A stretch of DNA of 64,000 bases from Phyllobates terribilis (lineage: Eukaryota): NCBI RefSeq assembly GCF_046119375.1, contig NW_027362771.1, positions 621,922,001 to 621,986,000 on the forward strand. Direction: 5' to 3'. The notes under the pieces are model-generated. The model did no database searches. It saw only the letters and a program-made list of their open reading frames with translations, and was not told the DNA's origin. The position numbers and the translations under genes were made by a program. This document shows, one piece after another, positions 48,483 to 60,373 of the stretch (position 1 is the stretch's first letter; each line of letters begins with the position of its first letter).

Positions 48483-50182
48483 CATATAATCAAAGTTTCT
48501 CAGCAGGTGCATATTAACTAATGATTAGAGCTCCATGGCTAGCACCTAATGACATTTACTGTAGGCAAATCGCTAGTCATAAATACACAGCGAAGGGAAA
48601 GATGCGATCAAAGCTACACAGCAGGTAATTATCATAAAATATAGCTTTTATTAAATATATAATTAAAAGAGAATACACCACATAATATAGCAGAAACAGT
48701 GCACAACATACATATCAAAAATATCTTAAAATACCATCATGCTCAATGGACACAGAGGTCCACATATAGGCCACCCACCAGGACTATAATATAGACTCTA
48801 ATGCACCTGATTAACAGATCTCTAATATATGTGTCCAAATAGTGTATCATTAGTGGTCAGCTAATATTGCCTAACTGTATATTGACATAACCATGTAAAT
48901 GACCATATAGTATGGTAATAGAATCTACCTGGACAGAGGGCTATCAGCGGGGGTGCTCCAATGTGGACCACGCGTCCACCCCGACGCGCGTTTCGGCGTT
49001 ACCTTCTTCAGGGGGCGTGGTTGCAAACCGGGGGTGTGTCCTTATAAACCTATCGCTAGCCAATAGAAAGGTGTGGGCGGACATCTAATGACGCGCCCAG
49101 CGTCTCTGCTGCCTCGGCAACCCGCGATGCCGGCATCATGCGAAGGACCTCCCAACAGTCACGTGGGCCCACGTGACCCGCAGGTCCTAGCATGAAGACG
49201 CCGGGTAGCGCGAGCCGACCTCAGCAACAGAGAACGCCTGCACGTACCTGTCCAAGAACCGCACCTATATAATTAGGATTAAGTAAGGTATTCTTTGACC
49301 CAGCTAGAGGTCCTTCTTAAGATTGCCCTCAACTACCTCAGGGACTGCAAGTAAGGGTGCATGTAGTGAAATGTCCAATTATAAATCTACAACTACCCAC
49401 ATCAATCCAGTGGTAGGGCATAATACAAAAATCTCCCATAAAGAAAGAATGCAAATATGCATAGCGACATATATCAATATATGGACAATTTCACACATAC
49501 CACGAACCTCACCATATGCGTCAAGTTACACCTGACACTACTAAATCATCACTGCACAAAGTACCTATCAAACATACATGATCATAATAGTCATAATAGC
49601 ATTAAATGATACAAGACATATGATCACAGTAATGTTGTGCAAGTAAATTACAATAACACTGTTTGTCCAATAGGCAGGACCAATAACCACACATATGGAA
49701 GGCCCAACCACATATATCACAACATACAATCTCCTAAGAGATGAAAGCAATACAAAATACAATACTTATTTAGACAAAGTTCACAATGTGAGCAAGGAGG
49801 TTTATAGACTTTGGCGATTGCTGTGCAACGATATCACGAATCCTTCATCTCCTCCACAAACACTCATCCATAATGGAACGGATATAATACGGACACAACC
49901 CTCCAAAAAGAAAGTTCGCAGACCATTTTACGATGGAAGAAACTGTGAATAATAAAATAAAATAAATAAAAACTTAAAAACACAGATGACATGTACTAGG
50001 TAGAGCGGATATCAAAGAAACGGAGCAAAACTGAGACTCTCATTCAGTCCATGCGGGTGTACAGTGCCCAATTTCCAGATCCATCTGGATTCTAGTTGAG
50101 CTAGACGTTGACTAAATTTGCCTCCACGAATACCAACCTTCAAAGCATCAATCCCCCTCACCCTCAGTAGTGAGCTGTCACA
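48483..50182 (-). repeat. Downstream pseudo-LTR, 1700 bp
   Basis: Direct repeat of 53120-54813; includes the last 57 codons of the ORF. Confidence 0.96.
48976..49020 (-). ncRNA. Minimal type I hammerhead ribozyme, downstream copy
   Basis: Minus strand CCACGCCCC-CUGAAGA-AGGUAACGCC-GAAAC-GCGC-GUC-GGGGUGG: catalytic core, GUC cleavage triplet, CCCC/GGGG stem I and palindromic ACGCGCGU stem III. Confidence 0.85.
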
Positions 50183-53149
50183 ATTATGGCAGAGTTTAAA
50201 ATGTCGTGGTATCGTCCTGAGTGTGGAGGGATCCATACAGTCGGCTGCCGCCAAAATACCCAACACATGCTCCCTAACTCGCCCTTTGAGTTGCCGTGTG
50301 GTAAGACCAACATAGATTAATCCACATGGACATGTGGCATAGTAGATAATAAACCGTGAGGTACATGTAATCCGACTTTTGATGACATAAGTCGCTGTAC
50401 CCGCAGCATTAGAAAAAGTATCAGTACACTCTATATTTGGACAGGCGACACAACGGCCGCATGGAAAACTTCCACACTCAGGACTAGAAGCGCCAAAAAT
50501 TGTAGCAGTCCCAGATTGAAATTGATAATGGCTATGTACCAGACAGTCCCGAAGATTTTTTGAGCGGCGCACAGCAATAGATGGGCGACCTGGAAGGATT
50601 TTAGACAAAACAGGGTCGACAAGGAGAATTGGCCAAGCTTTAGCCAAACATTCCCTCATCCGGCCAAATTGACCATGATAGTCAGTTATAAATCTTGGTT
50701 TATCTTCTGATTTTGGAATCTTTTTCTTATAAAGCAAATCATGTCTATTGGAATATTTGGCACGATGGTATGCCCTTTTTACCATGCGTTTGCTGTAGCC
50801 CCTCTCATAGAATCTCTTTTTCAAATCTTCGGACTGTCTGGCAAAATCCACATCATCCGAGCAGAGTCTACGTAAACGCAGGAACTGTCCGATGGGGATA
50901 GACTGAATCACCCAAGGAGGGTGGGAGGATGATGCATGAAGCAACATATTCGTGGAGGTATTTTTACGATAGATATTTGTTTTTATAAAATTATCCTGAT
51001 CCCTAGTAAGGGCCACGTCTAGGAAATTCACCACATCCCTATCCCATGTATAGGTAATGCGAATATTCCTATCATTATCATTGAGGGATTGCATGAATAT
51101 TTTCAAGCCCTCAATGGAACCCTGCCAGATCAGCAGGATATCATCTATGTAGCGCGTCCAGAACGGGACGTGGTCCATAGATGTCCTCTGATCCAGCAGG
51201 GAGAGGTCCCTCTCCCACAGCCCCAGGAACAGGTTGGCATAGGCCGGCGCAAGTGCCGCACCCATAGCTGTACCCTGGAGCTGTAGGTAGAAGGACCCCT
51301 TAAATGTAAAAAAATTATGAGTTAGAGAAAATTCTAACAGATCCATCACCAATTGAATCATAGCATTTTGTAAATTAGATGTTTCCAAGAAGAAGGCACA
51401 AGCTCTCAGGCCATCAGAATGTTTGATGCTGGTGTACAGTGATTCTACATCACCTGTCACCAGCATCATATCTGACTCCAAATACAGCCCATCAACTCTC
51501 TTGAGAAGCTCACCTGTATCCAGGAGGAATGATGGGAGGCATTCTACCAGGGGTTGAAGCTTACTGTCTATCCACCGATTGACATTATCAAGGAAGTTCC
51601 CAGTCCCAGAAATAATAGGACGCCCAGGTGGTGTAGACAGATCTTTGTGCACTTTAGGCAACAGATAGAATGTAGAGACTACGGGTTCGCTAACAAGTAG
51701 TGCTGAAGCCAGTTCCTCAGTGATGACCCCATTGGTCGTGGCTTTATTAATGATCTTAGACAGTTGGAGGGAGAAGGAGGCCAAGGGATTAAACGTCAAA
51801 CGTTTATAGCAGGTCTTATTATTAAGTTGACTAAATGCCTCCCTTTCATACATGTCCTTAGGCCACAACACAATGTTGCCACCCTTGTCTGCTGGCTTCA
51901 GCACTACATCTGGAAGGTCCCGAAGGACCCAGAGGCGCTCACGCTCATGTCTAGTAAGATTATCCCTCCGTACATAACGCGGGATCTGCTCAAACTCCTT
52001 GGTGACCACCTGAACAAACAGATCTATGTTGGCGCTTGTGGACAGTGGGGGAAATCTCTTAGACTTGGCCCTAATGGAAGCAGGGATCTTACCTCCTTCC
52101 TCCATATTATGTTCGCTAGAAAGTTCCTCCAAAGTTCGTAAGGCTATTTGTTCCTCCTCTGTTGGAAAAAGATTAAATTGTGCCTCATTAAAATAATACT
52201 TCTTAAACAACAGAGTTCTCGCGAACAAATGGAGGTCTTTCACAGCTGAAAAAACATCAAAACTACTCTTAGGTGAGAAGGAGAGACCCCTGCCTAGCAG
52301 AGCCAAGTCAGTATCAGTAAGTGCATATTTACTAAGGTTAATTACCTTATTATCCCCACTGTCCACAAGCGGCTGTTTATACGGACGGCGTCTGTACGGG
52401 TGGAAATTTGCATCTCGTGTCCTCTTAAGGTTCAGTCCTGACCTCGTAATGATGGATGAGGACGTCATACTAGATGAGTCACTGAGAGATGAGATGGATG
52501 TAACAGACGAAGAGCGTTGCGCCATATGAGGTTGGATAATAGACTTCCTCCAGTGATATACTGTATTAGTTGCAAAATCACGTTGATCTCTTGCCATTTT
52601 TGTCGCTTGAGTGTCATGTAGTTTTTTTACACAAAGATCTAAATTCCTATCAATTGATGCATCAAAGTCCTGGATTTTATCAGTAGGGCAAGTATTTCTC
52701 AATATAATTTGTGCTTCATCGATAGATTTATCCAGTGCTAAAATGGCGTTAGTATTGTGTTCAATCAATAACTGCATAAATCCAGTGGAGCATGTATTAC
52801 AGAGACCTTCCCAGTTAGACATGAAGTCTTTATCATCAACTACAAATGTGGGAATAACCCGCACCCTCAGTCCTCTTGGAATCAACTTACTGGAAATATA
52901 CCTCTGCAAAAAGGCCCTATTCCACCACAATTTTGTCCGTTTGATAATTAAGGACTGTATGGACTGAATTTGATTGTCCCAGTCCCGCTCGTTCTCTACC
53001 CGTGGTTCTGCACCACCTGTGCCAAATACCTGCTCCATCTGGTCGAGCCAGGTCTGTTCCTTAGCTCTAAAATTCATTGCTATTGGAAACAAAATAGTAG
53101 TGCATAACACACAAAAAGTCATATAATCAAAGTTTCTCAGCAGGTGCAT
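50012..53149 (-). CDS. Penelope-like polyprotein, 1045 aa, open: N-terminal domain, RT, Cys-rich linker, GIY-YIG endonuclease (true start may be the Met at 53077)
   Basis: IPRGLR; KPADKGG; FYLLPKVHK..PPGRPII; DVESLYTSI; GTAMG; RYIDD; FLDV; CGRCVAC; IIYYATCPCGLIYVG.T.R.LK.RVREH; GLNE. Confidence 0.96.
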   Translation of the reverse strand: MHLLRNFDYMTFCVLCTTILFPIAMNFRAKEQTWLDQMEQVFGTGGAEPRVENERDWDNQIQSIQSLIIKRTKLWWNRAFLQRYISSKLIPRGLRVRVIPTFVVDDKDFMSNWEGLCNTCSTGFMQLLIEHNTNAILALDKSIDEAQIILRNTCPTDKIQDFDASIDRNLDLCVKKLHDTQATKMARDQRDFATNTVYHWRKSIIQPHMAQRSSSVTSISSLSDSSSMTSSSIITRSGLNLKRTRDANFHPYRRRPYKQPLVDSGDNKVINLSKYALTDTDLALLGRGLSFSPKSSFDVFSAVKDLHLFARTLLFKKYYFNEAQFNLFPTEEEQIALRTLEELSSEHNMEEGGKIPASIRAKSKRFPPLSTSANIDLFVQVVTKEFEQIPRYVRRDNLTRHERERLWVLRDLPDVVLKPADKGGNIVLWPKDMYEREAFSQLNNKTCYKRLTFNPLASFSLQLSKIINKATTNGVITEELASALLVSEPVVSTFYLLPKVHKDLSTPPGRPIISGTGNFLDNVNRWIDSKLQPLVECLPSFLLDTGELLKRVDGLYLESDMMLVTGDVESLYTSIKHSDGLRACAFFLETSNLQNAMIQLVMDLLEFSLTHNFFTFKGSFYLQLQGTAMGAALAPAYANLFLGLWERDLSLLDQRTSMDHVPFWTRYIDDILLIWQGSIEGLKIFMQSLNDNDRNIRITYTWDRDVVNFLDVALTRDQDNFIKTNIYRKNTSTNMLLHASSSHPPWVIQSIPIGQFLRLRRLCSDDVDFARQSEDLKKRFYERGYSKRMVKRAYHRAKYSNRHDLLYKKKIPKSEDKPRFITDYHGQFGRMRECLAKAWPILLVDPVLSKILPGRPSIAVRRSKNLRDCLVHSHYQFQSGTATIFGASSPECGSFPCGRCVACPNIECTDTFSNAAGTATYVIKSRITCTSRFIIYYATCPCGLIYVGLTTRQLKGRVREHVLGILAAADCMDPSTLRTIPRHFKLCHNCDSSLLRVRGIDALKVGIRGGKFSQRLAQLESRWIWKLGTVHPHGLNESLSFAPFL

Positions 53150-54813
53150 ATTAACTAATGATTAGAGCTCCATGGCTAGCACCTAATGACATTTACTGTA
53201 GGAAAATCGCTAGTCATAAATACACAGCGAAGGGAAAGATGCGATCAAAGCTACACAGCAGGTAATTATCATAAAATATAGCTTTTATTAAATATATAAT
53301 TAAAAGACAATACACCACATAATATAGCAGAAACAGTGCACAACATACATATCAAAAATATCTTAAAATACCATCATGCTCAATGGACACAGAGGTCCAC
53401 ATATAGGGCACCCACCAGGACTATAATATAGACTCTAATGCACCTGATTAACAGATCTCTAATATATGTGTCCAAATAGTGTATCATTAGTGGTCAGCTA
53501 ATATTGCCTAACTGTATATTGACATAACCATGTAAATGACCATATAGTATGGTAATAGAATCTACCTGGACAGAGGGCTATCAGCGGGGGTGCTCCAATG
53601 TGGACCACGCGTCCACCCCGACGCGCGTTTCGGCGTTACCTTCTTCAGGGGGCGTGGTTGCAAACCGGGGGTGTGTCCTTATAAACCTATCGCTAGCCAA
53701 TAGAAAGGTGTGGGCGGACATCTAATGACGCGCCCAGCGTTTCTGCTGCCTCGGCAACCCGCGATGCCGGCGTCATGCGAAGGACCTCCCAACAGTCACG
53801 TGGGCCCACGTGACCCGCAGGTCCTAGCATGAAGACGCCGGGTAGCGCGAGCCGACCTCAGCAACAGAGAACGCCTGCACGTACCTGTCCAAGAACCGCA
53901 CCTATATAATTAGGATTAAGTAAGGTATTCTTTGACCCAGCTAGAGGTCCTTCTTAAGATTGCCCTCAACTACCTCAGGGACTGCAAGTAAGGGTGCATG
54001 TAGTGAAATGTCCAATTATAAATCTACAACTACCCACATCAATCCAGTGGTAGGGCATAATACAAAAATCTCCCATAAAGAAAGAATGCAAATATGCATA
54101 GCGACATATATCAATATATGGACAATTTCACACATACCACGAACCTCACCATATGCGTCAAGTTACACCTGACACTACTAAATCATCACTGCACAAAGTA
54201 CCTATCAAACATACATGATCATAATAGTCATAATAGCATTAAATGATACAAGACATATGATCACAGTAATGTTGTGCAAGTAAATTACAATAACACTGTT
54301 TGTCCAATAGGCAGGACCAATAACCACACATATGGAAGGCCCAACCACATATATCACAACATACAATCTCCTAAGAGATGAAAGCAATACAAAATACAAT
54401 ACTTATTTAGACAAAGTTCACAATGTGAGCAAGGAGGTTTATAGACTTTGGCGATTGCTGTGCAACGATATCACGAATCCTTCATCTCCTCCACAAACAC
54501 TCATCCATAATGGAACGGATATAATACGGACACAACCCTCCAAAAAGAAAGTTCGCAGACCATTTTACGATGGAAGAAACTGTGAATAATAAAATAAAAT
54601 AAATAAAAACTTAAAAACACAGATGACATGTACTAGGTAGAGCGGATATCAAAGAAACGGAGCAAAACTGAGACTCTCATTCAGTCCATGCGGGTGTACA
54701 GTGCCCAATTTCCAGATCCATCTGGATTCTAGTTGAGCTAGACTAAATTTGCCTCCACGAATACCAACCTTCAAAGCATCAATCCCCCTCACCCTCAGTA
54801 GTGAGCTGTCACA
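53120..54813 (-). repeat. Upstream pseudo-LTR, 1694 bp
   Basis: Direct repeat of 48483-50182, differing by a few substitutions and one 6-bp deletion. Confidence 0.96.
53613..53657 (-). ncRNA. Minimal type I hammerhead ribozyme, upstream copy
   Basis: Identical to 48976-49020, offset 4637 bp. Confidence 0.85.
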
Positions 54814-57800
54814 GGGGACAGCTGGATGCGCTTATCCATTAGGACTCCACCAGCAGCACTGAAGACACGTTTTCAGAGAACGCTGGCTGACGGGCATGAT
54901 AAAACCTCCAAGGCGTGACAGGCAAGCTCAGGCCACTCATCCATTTTTGAAGAACAAAATGTAAATGAGTCCAAACCCTCCCTGATGGTATTGATATTGA
55001 GCTCTAAATACTCCTGCACTATAATCTCCAGTAGTTTACTGTGTGTCAGACTTTTACTCATTTGTGCTGGTGCATGAGCTGGTCTAAAAAATATGTGAAA
55101 GGACTCACAGAAACTGCTTCTGCCACATACACTGCTGCTGCTGATAATGTTTTTGCATTGATGAATTGACGTGCTGGAGGTTGAAAGTCTAGAGCTGCAA
55201 TGCACACTGTGTGCCTCACTGCTGTCTTGGGGAAAACCTCTCTTAAGGTTGTGTAAAAGGTTGTTTCGAAACTCCAGCATTCGCAGGTCCTTTCCAGGGT
55301 GGGAAAAATCTGGAAAAATGTATTCATATAACGTGGCTCTAACAGAGTGGCAACCCAGTAGTCAGCATTATTTTGAATCCTAACTAAATGAGAATCATGT
55401 TCCAGATAGTGCAGCAAGAAAGTGCTCATATGTCGGGCTCTTCCATAAGGTCCAAGGCCATGGTGTGTTGATGGATGAGTAACACTGATGTTTGTTTCCT
55501 CCATCCCCTTCCACCAACCATGAACAACAGAGAGGAGATGATTATCCTCTTCATCTCCTGACTGTTGCTCACCCATCACCTCTTCCTCCTCCAATGGTTC
55601 CTCGACTCTTGCACCTTCATTAACAGTTTGTCTGGTATCACCAGCCTCCCTCGATCGCAGTAATCCACCCTCCCTTGGCACCCACCTGTGTGACAACAGT
55701 CTGGAACTTTGAGACATTTTTATCCCTTCCGCATCCTCCTCTTCCTCTGGGAATACCACCTCCTCCCGCAGGCTATTGAAAGTCTGCTCCAGCATGTAGA
55801 TAACCAGAATAGTGATGCTGATGATGATATCATTAGGGCTAACCGCCTTAGTAGCCATTTTGAATCTGTGCAGAAGGGAGCAAAGGTCCTTAATCAATTC
55901 AAGTCGATAACCTGAGGGGTGTAAAAGGAGGTAATGGGCACACAGCTTCTGTGCTTTCTGCAGCAGCTCATCCAGGCCAGGATAGTGGCGGAGAAATCGC
56001 TATACCACCAGGTTGATGATGTAGGTCATGCGAGGCATGCGTGTGAGCTTGCATCGGCCTAGGGCCAGGACCAGGTTTGCACCGTTATTGCACACAGCCT
56101 TCCTTGGCTCTAGGTTCAGCGGAGACAGACATTGCTCAAACTCAGCCTGGAAAGCTGTCTACAACTCTTCAGCTGTATAACTGCAATCTCCAAGGCATAT
56201 TAATTTTAACACTGCCTGATTGCGGTGAGTCCTGGCAGTGCAGTATGGAGGTGGTGTGGATTCGATCTGCACTGTTGAAATGCGTTACTCATTAAGGCAG
56301 AGGTTGAGTGTGCTGATGGAAGCCCTAGATGAGGTGGAGGATGCAGAAGAAGTGGAGTAAGTGTGAAATACAGAGATTTGTCCTGCAAGCCTTGGGGATT
56401 CAAAGACTGGTGGAGCAGCCCCTTCCCCACCTACCCTCACATCCATCAGAGTCACCCAGTGCCCAGTCAGCGAGATGTAATGCCTTTGGCCATGCTTACT
56501 CGTCTAGGTGTCTGTGATGAAATGCACCCTGGCAGACATAGATTTAGTCAATGGGTAATTTGTCTGCATCATGCTGGTGTAGAACAGGCACAGCTTTCTT
56601 AGAGAAGTAATGCCGATTGGGCAACTGGAACTGGGGTACTGCGGCCGCCATCAGATTTTGTAAGCCATCTGTATCTACCAGGTGGAAAGGCAGCATTTCC
56701 GTGGCCAATAGATTGGAGATGGTGGAGTTCAACCTCTTAGCTTTGTCATGTGTAGAATGAAACAATCTTTTATGTGACCTAAATTGTGGGACCGAGCGCT
56801 GGTTGCAGTGCTGAGAGAGGGCGGTGTACAGTGAAACCGGACAAACTGCTGGACTGTGAGTGAGGTGCAGTCGGAGATTGTATGGTGGATTGAGAAAGAT
56901 GTGGTGTGCTCGGTGATGTAAAAACAGCAAGCATGTCCGCTTACATTACAGCTTACGGGCTCTCGCTCAGCCTGACTGGAGTGGGTAAAGAATTGGAGGC
57001 TCTGCGGTCGGAGACCTGCGTGACAATACTTGGCAGGGTAACATGCGTTACTGTGGCAATATTACAGCGATAAAATGTGGACTAGTGGATCTCAACAGCT
57101 ATCAGCATTTTTTTTTGCAAAGTTGGCTGATAACGTGAGTTGGCTCATCCTTTGTGGTGTCAAAAAGACCCAGGCTAGGCAACCCTTGCCGCCCCTGCGA
57201 GCGTCAGCTCCTGTGAGTGGCAGACCCGTGACTGCTGCTAGCCACAGCCACAGTTGTGGCTATGGATGCAGTGCTTGTCGTGGTTGCATCACTCCATGTC
57301 TGTGCCTTAGGGAGCAACAGACCCTCCTCGTCTTCCTCCTCCTACACCTCCTCAGATTACCTACTCAGCTGCGTGCCTCTAGGTTCACACCAAGAGGGAT
57401 CTACAACCTCATCATCATTTTCTGTGCTATCCCATTCTTCGCTTCAAGAGTCACCCTCCTCCTCTTCCTGCCCTGACAACACAGTACAGTCCGAATGAGC
57501 CTCAGGTATCTGAGTCTCATCAGGATAACCTCCCCCCGGGGGTTAACTTCTGGTGATGAGGGTCAGAATGCTGCTCGCACCCTACTTCATCCTGCCCAGG
57601 TGCAGATGATTTTCTCCTCTTGACTCTGAATCTTTTGAGTACACTTCTGATGCCCATGGTATAGCATGTGTGTTCAGCTCTGCAGACTCATCCATCTGTG
57701 ATTCCCTACAGTTAGTTGGGCGGTTGGACAGTTGTGATGCAGGGGGAAGCAAGGGTAATTGGGGTGCCACCTCTGAAGACTGCACTGTGTGTGATGTTGA

Positions 57801-60373
57801 GGTGGAGGAAAAGGAGGAGAAGCCACTTGAAGCAGCGCTTTCCATCCACTGGAGCACATGCTCTATCTTGTCCTCAACGACTAGGCATACCACTGTGCGG
57901 TTGCCAAAGAGAAGTAGTGGAGTAGCCTGTCCAGTAACAGAAGTTGTCAGTTGTGTTTGGATAGGAAGTGACGGTGGTGGTTAACTAGTGCTTTCACTAA
58001 CATTATCACCTACCCCACGTATACCTTGAATACCAAGCTTATTCCCCCTTCCACCAGAAGCTCTCTTTTTCCCACTCATGTTGCTCAGATATTGTGTTAG
58101 GAGCACTCTTTTAGCAACAAAAAATTAGATATTTTACTCTGCACCATCTCTGCATGCAGCTGAATTTCAGCGGCACAAAATGACAAGGTGAGATATGGCA
58201 TGTGGTATCACATTAGTAACAGAAGAAAGTATTTTCTTTTAGTGTGGATGAGGCCTGTATAACATAGAAAATATGCTCCTAACAATTTCAAACTGACATC
58301 TAGCCTGCTGTATCATGTTAGTAACAGAAGAAAGTATTTTTTTAGTGTGGATGAGCTCTGCATACAGCTGAATTTCACTGCCACAAAATGACAAACTGAG
58401 ATGTGGCATGCTGTATTACGTTAGCAACTGAAAGAAATAGATTTTTAAATGTGTACTCTTTCATGGAGCACAATAGAAGCAGTGCACAACAGACGTCTAT
58501 GAAATGTGCCCTGCTGTCTTTGTGTGGACCTCACTAATTGCACAAAAAAAAATCTGCTGGAAAGTCGATTTCACCATCATACAGGAAACTAGCTATCTAA
58601 ACTATCTGACTTATAAGCAACCACCTAGCTAACTAGTTAAAATCTTTAATGAGTCCAGGAGCAGCATCAGGAGTAGCCTCTATGACCTGATATAATCACA
58701 AAATGGCGCTAAAACAATATGTCCACTCTTTATATAGAGAGGGACATGTTCAGCATCCAATGGCATAAGCCCATGTGTCTGGACATTCTGGATGGTTACT
58801 GCCCTTTGATTGGCTAGCCGCAATTTGCACACATAAAGTTAGGAAAAAAAAAAAGATTACAAGCCCGATGCTCCTCTGAGCTCCTCTGTGCTCCCCCCTC
58901 ATCAAACACGTCCCCCCCACATAACATACACCACCACTACCCTAGACAAAGTGTTAAAAATACTTTAGTGGCAATGCAATCATTACTTTTACTGAATTTT
59001 ACAGATTTTTGCCGATTTTAAATAAATATGCTAGTGTTTTCGATCACAAATCCGAATGTGCCATATTTGAAATTGGGGATCGTTTTTCAAACATATTCAC
59101 TCATTTCTAATCAGTGTCCCCTGCTCTCACTGTTTTCAGTGACAGGAGGCATACGCTGATGAGAGTAGTACTGTCTAATCACCCGATGCCTGTGACCGGC
59201 GGTAACCTTTTTACCGCTGGTCACAGCTGCTGGCTCACGCTTTGCTCTTGCAAATCTCTACTATTTTGTGATAAAGTGAAGAAATCAATTTTTTCACAAT
59301 TTTTTTTGTAAATATTAGTCATTCTGCATATTTACAGATTGTCTAATACAAGCAAGGAGGTCACATCTGCTCAGGTATCAAGTGATTTATCTTCCCCATC
59401 GTCAAGTAAAAATAATCTTTTGATAAACCAAGGTCTCAGTAGACTATTATAATTATATTTTCATAACTACAATCAATTACAATAATTACATTGCAGTTCT
59501 CCAGTATATAAGACGACTATCTATAAAAGATTGAATATGTAGTAACAGGTAAGGACTGGAGGACCATGGGAATTGTGAGTAGAATTAATACACTCTTTGT
59601 GAGTCCATCATACAACTACTTGCACTATATTACCGTAAGTGTATTCATACTGTCACTATGCTGGCCTTGATAGACAGAAATTTAACTTTTCAAATTATTC
59701 ATGAATTTTTACTTTGTTTCATTTTCAAATCATGAAGCAATATCATAATTATATTGTCATGTTTTGTACATTCAATATTGCTGTACGCATTCTACCTCTC
59801 CTTATTTATCATAATTATGAAATTCTAAAAAAATGTATTATTTTTCCTTACAATTTTATATTGCTATTAATGTTCAGAACAATAAAATGAAAAAGTAAAA
59901 AAGATAATAGATTATTGAAAAAGTGCATACAGAATTTTCATTTACCAATTTGCAATAAACACAAAATGTAGAAAAATGAAAGAAAAATTTAAAAAAAATT
60001 TAAAATTTAAAAATGTACATCCAGAAATTATTTCCATATTCCCATTATGGTGACATTGAGATAAAAAGAAAAACAACATTCTACAACTTTTCATCACAAA
60101 TTCAACAATGGCTATAATATTTTTAATTTTTGAAAGTTTTTTGAAAATCTGAAATCTTTAATTGTAAATATATAAAGACAAAAACTAACTGCGACTCAAA
60201 TGTAAAAGAAAATGATTTGACACATTGCAATTAAAAAAAAATAACTTTAAAATGTATTATATTTCATGAAAATATATACAAATTGATATATTGTAGGGGG
60301 ATAAAATATTGGTTAAAGTGAAATGAGATGAAATACAATGTGAAGTAGGAAATAAAATGAAATTTCAGCTAAA

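Larger units (their letters stand above)
48485..54811 (-). mobile_element. Penelope-like retroelement (probably Neptune-type) in partial-tandem form with two pseudo-LTRs
   Basis: Direct repeats 48483-50182 and 53120-54813; CAGGGGACA duplicated at 48476-48484 and 54812-54820; RT plus GIY-YIG ORF. Confidence 0.95.
48387..58079 (-). pseudogene. hAT transposase pseudogene (58079-54812 and 48484-48387), split in its dimerization domain
   Basis: Joined translation ...SASVL.ERVFSAAGGVLMDKRIQL|SPESVHCLTFIKMSKSWI; PELACHALEVLSCP; many stops. Confidence 0.9.
45300..59109 (-). mobile_element. Large hAT element carrying nested LTR and Penelope insertions
   Basis: TIRs TAGAAATGAG(C/T)GAATAT at both ends; flanks ATCAGCGG / ATCAGTGT (6/8); host MITE sequence appears continuous across the ends. 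Confidence 0.8.

Noticed and set aside
49323-49952. Short ORFs in the pseudo-LTRs (64-85 aa, duplicated at 53960-54589)
   Set aside because: No recognisable motifs; they are duplicated only because the pseudo-LTR is duplicated.
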